A stretch of DNA of 64,000 nucleotides from a virus (lineage: Duplodnaviria > Caudoviricetes): positions 5,126-69,125 of the IMG/VR virus record IMGVR_UViG_3300047160_000603. The stretch is one strand, 5' to 3'. The notes beneath the pieces were generated by a model that was given only the letters and a program-made list of their open reading frames with translations, was not told the origin of the DNA and did not search any database. The translations under genes were made by a program, and so were the position numbers. Positions within the stretch are counted from its first letter, which is position 1. Each line of letters starts with the position of its first letter. Below, piece after piece: positions 63,158 to 64,000 of the stretch.

Positions 63158-64000
63158 ATGAGTCGTTCGGAAAAGACACTTAGTAAGCGTGGTCACAGTG
63201 TGGTGTTTCACCACCGTGACAGTATGCGCCGTAAGGTAGACATTGCGTCCTTCAAGCCTATGATCGGCGTCGTCCCCGCGACCACGCTGCCAGTGGATAG
63301 CCTCGGTACTGTCCCACCAACGTTCGACATGGATTACAACGACACGGAGGGTACGTGTGGTCCGGCAATGTGTGACCACGTGGACGTCATCTACGCGTGG
63401 CGTCAAGGGAAGGGTACGCAACTCACCAGCAATGTCAGTGCACTGGTCAAGCAGTACAATCAGTACAGTGGTGGTGACAACGGTACAGACGAGGATATGC
63501 TCGTCGGTGCTGGTGGCATGTGGACACCCCAGTCCAAACAGGGTGGTCTAGAAGGCAACCCGCTCTACGTGGTGGATGACCACTTGGATCTGGACGTCAC
63601 GAATGTGGCACTGGCGCAGTACGCCATCGATCAGTTCTACGCTGTGTGTATGGCGTGGAGTGTGCCAGATCTGTTCCTGCAGAACTGGGAACCGGGCAGC
63701 AGTTGGCTCACAGCCATGACGCCGGATCCTAACAACGGGCACTACACACCGCTTGCTAGCGTGGATAAGAGTGGTAACTACACGCTGATCACATGGGGTG
63801 GTACCTGCACTGTTGGTCCCAAGTTCATTGCCAGCGTGCAGCCTGAAACGTTCGTAGCCTTCAGCCGCCAGCAGTTCGACAAGAACGGCTACGATAGCAA
63901 AGGACGCCACGTAACGACTCAGGCTGGCGTGTGGGTGAGCATGGGTGGTAACGCAACGAAAGCAGCCGCAGTGGTGGCGATGTTTCCTCCTGCCACTCCA
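63158..64000 (+). CDS. Papain-fold peptidase-like protein, runs off the window (not in the ORF track)
   Basis: Manually translated 281 open codons; ND..GTCGPA, NGHY, LITWG. Confidence 0.55.
   Translation, partial: MSRSEKTLSKRGHSVVFHHRDSMRRKVDIASFKPMIGVVPATTLPVDSLGTVPPTFDMDYNDTEGTCGPAMCDHVDVIYAWRQGKGTQLTSNVSALVKQYNQYSGGDNGTDEDMLVGAGGMWTPQSKQGGLEGNPLYVVDDHLDLDVTNVALAQYAIDQFYAVCMAWSVPDLFLQNWEPGSSWLTAMTPDPNNGHYTPLASVDKSGNYTLITWGGTCTVGPKFIASVQPETFVAFSRQQFDKNGYDSKGRHVTTQAGVWVSMGGNATKAAAVVAMFPPATP

Noticed and set aside
1-64000. Stop-codon reassignment
   Set aside because: Genes are intact under the standard code and end in TAA, TAG and TGA

Overview
The whole window reads as part of one tailed dsDNA phage genome (siphovirus-like: tail tube, chaperone frameshift pair, tape measure). 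No integrase, CRISPR array, rRNA or reverse transcriptase was seen. Layout: (i) DegT-type aminotransferase at the left edge. (ii) Leftward, probably early, operon at 1.4-9.8 kb (UvrD-like helicase, ParB-like/MutS-I-like fusion, SWIM, wHTH, DUF6011). (iii) Rightward DNA metabolism block at 10-30 kb (RuvC-like, family-4 UDG, CsrA, PD-(D/E)XK nuclease, AAA ATPase, GroES, SSB-like, PolA, primase-helicase, MTase), containing a thymidine-hypermodification cluster (dUMP hydroxymethylase-like, 5-hmdU DNA kinase-like, P-loop kinase, Nmad2-like, HAD, MazG). (iv) Packaging and virion genes at 30.6-60.7 kb, with a class II RNR between terL and portal. (v) Glycosyltransferase-like, UDP-sugar dehydrogenase and papain-fold peptidase genes at the right edge. 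The most unusual signals are non-coding: two tRNA-like RNAs with extended anticodon arms, a tRNA minihelix, a three-way-junction RNA carrying an anti-Shine-Dalgarno loop, a twice-occurring palindrome element with compensatory changes, and two dispersed motifs. The most unusual protein is a MuF head protein with an inserted 2H (Acb1-like) phosphoesterase and a C-terminal HExxH domain. All family calls and RNA folds were made by eye; no database search or folding program was run. A Planctomycetota host is only a weak inference.
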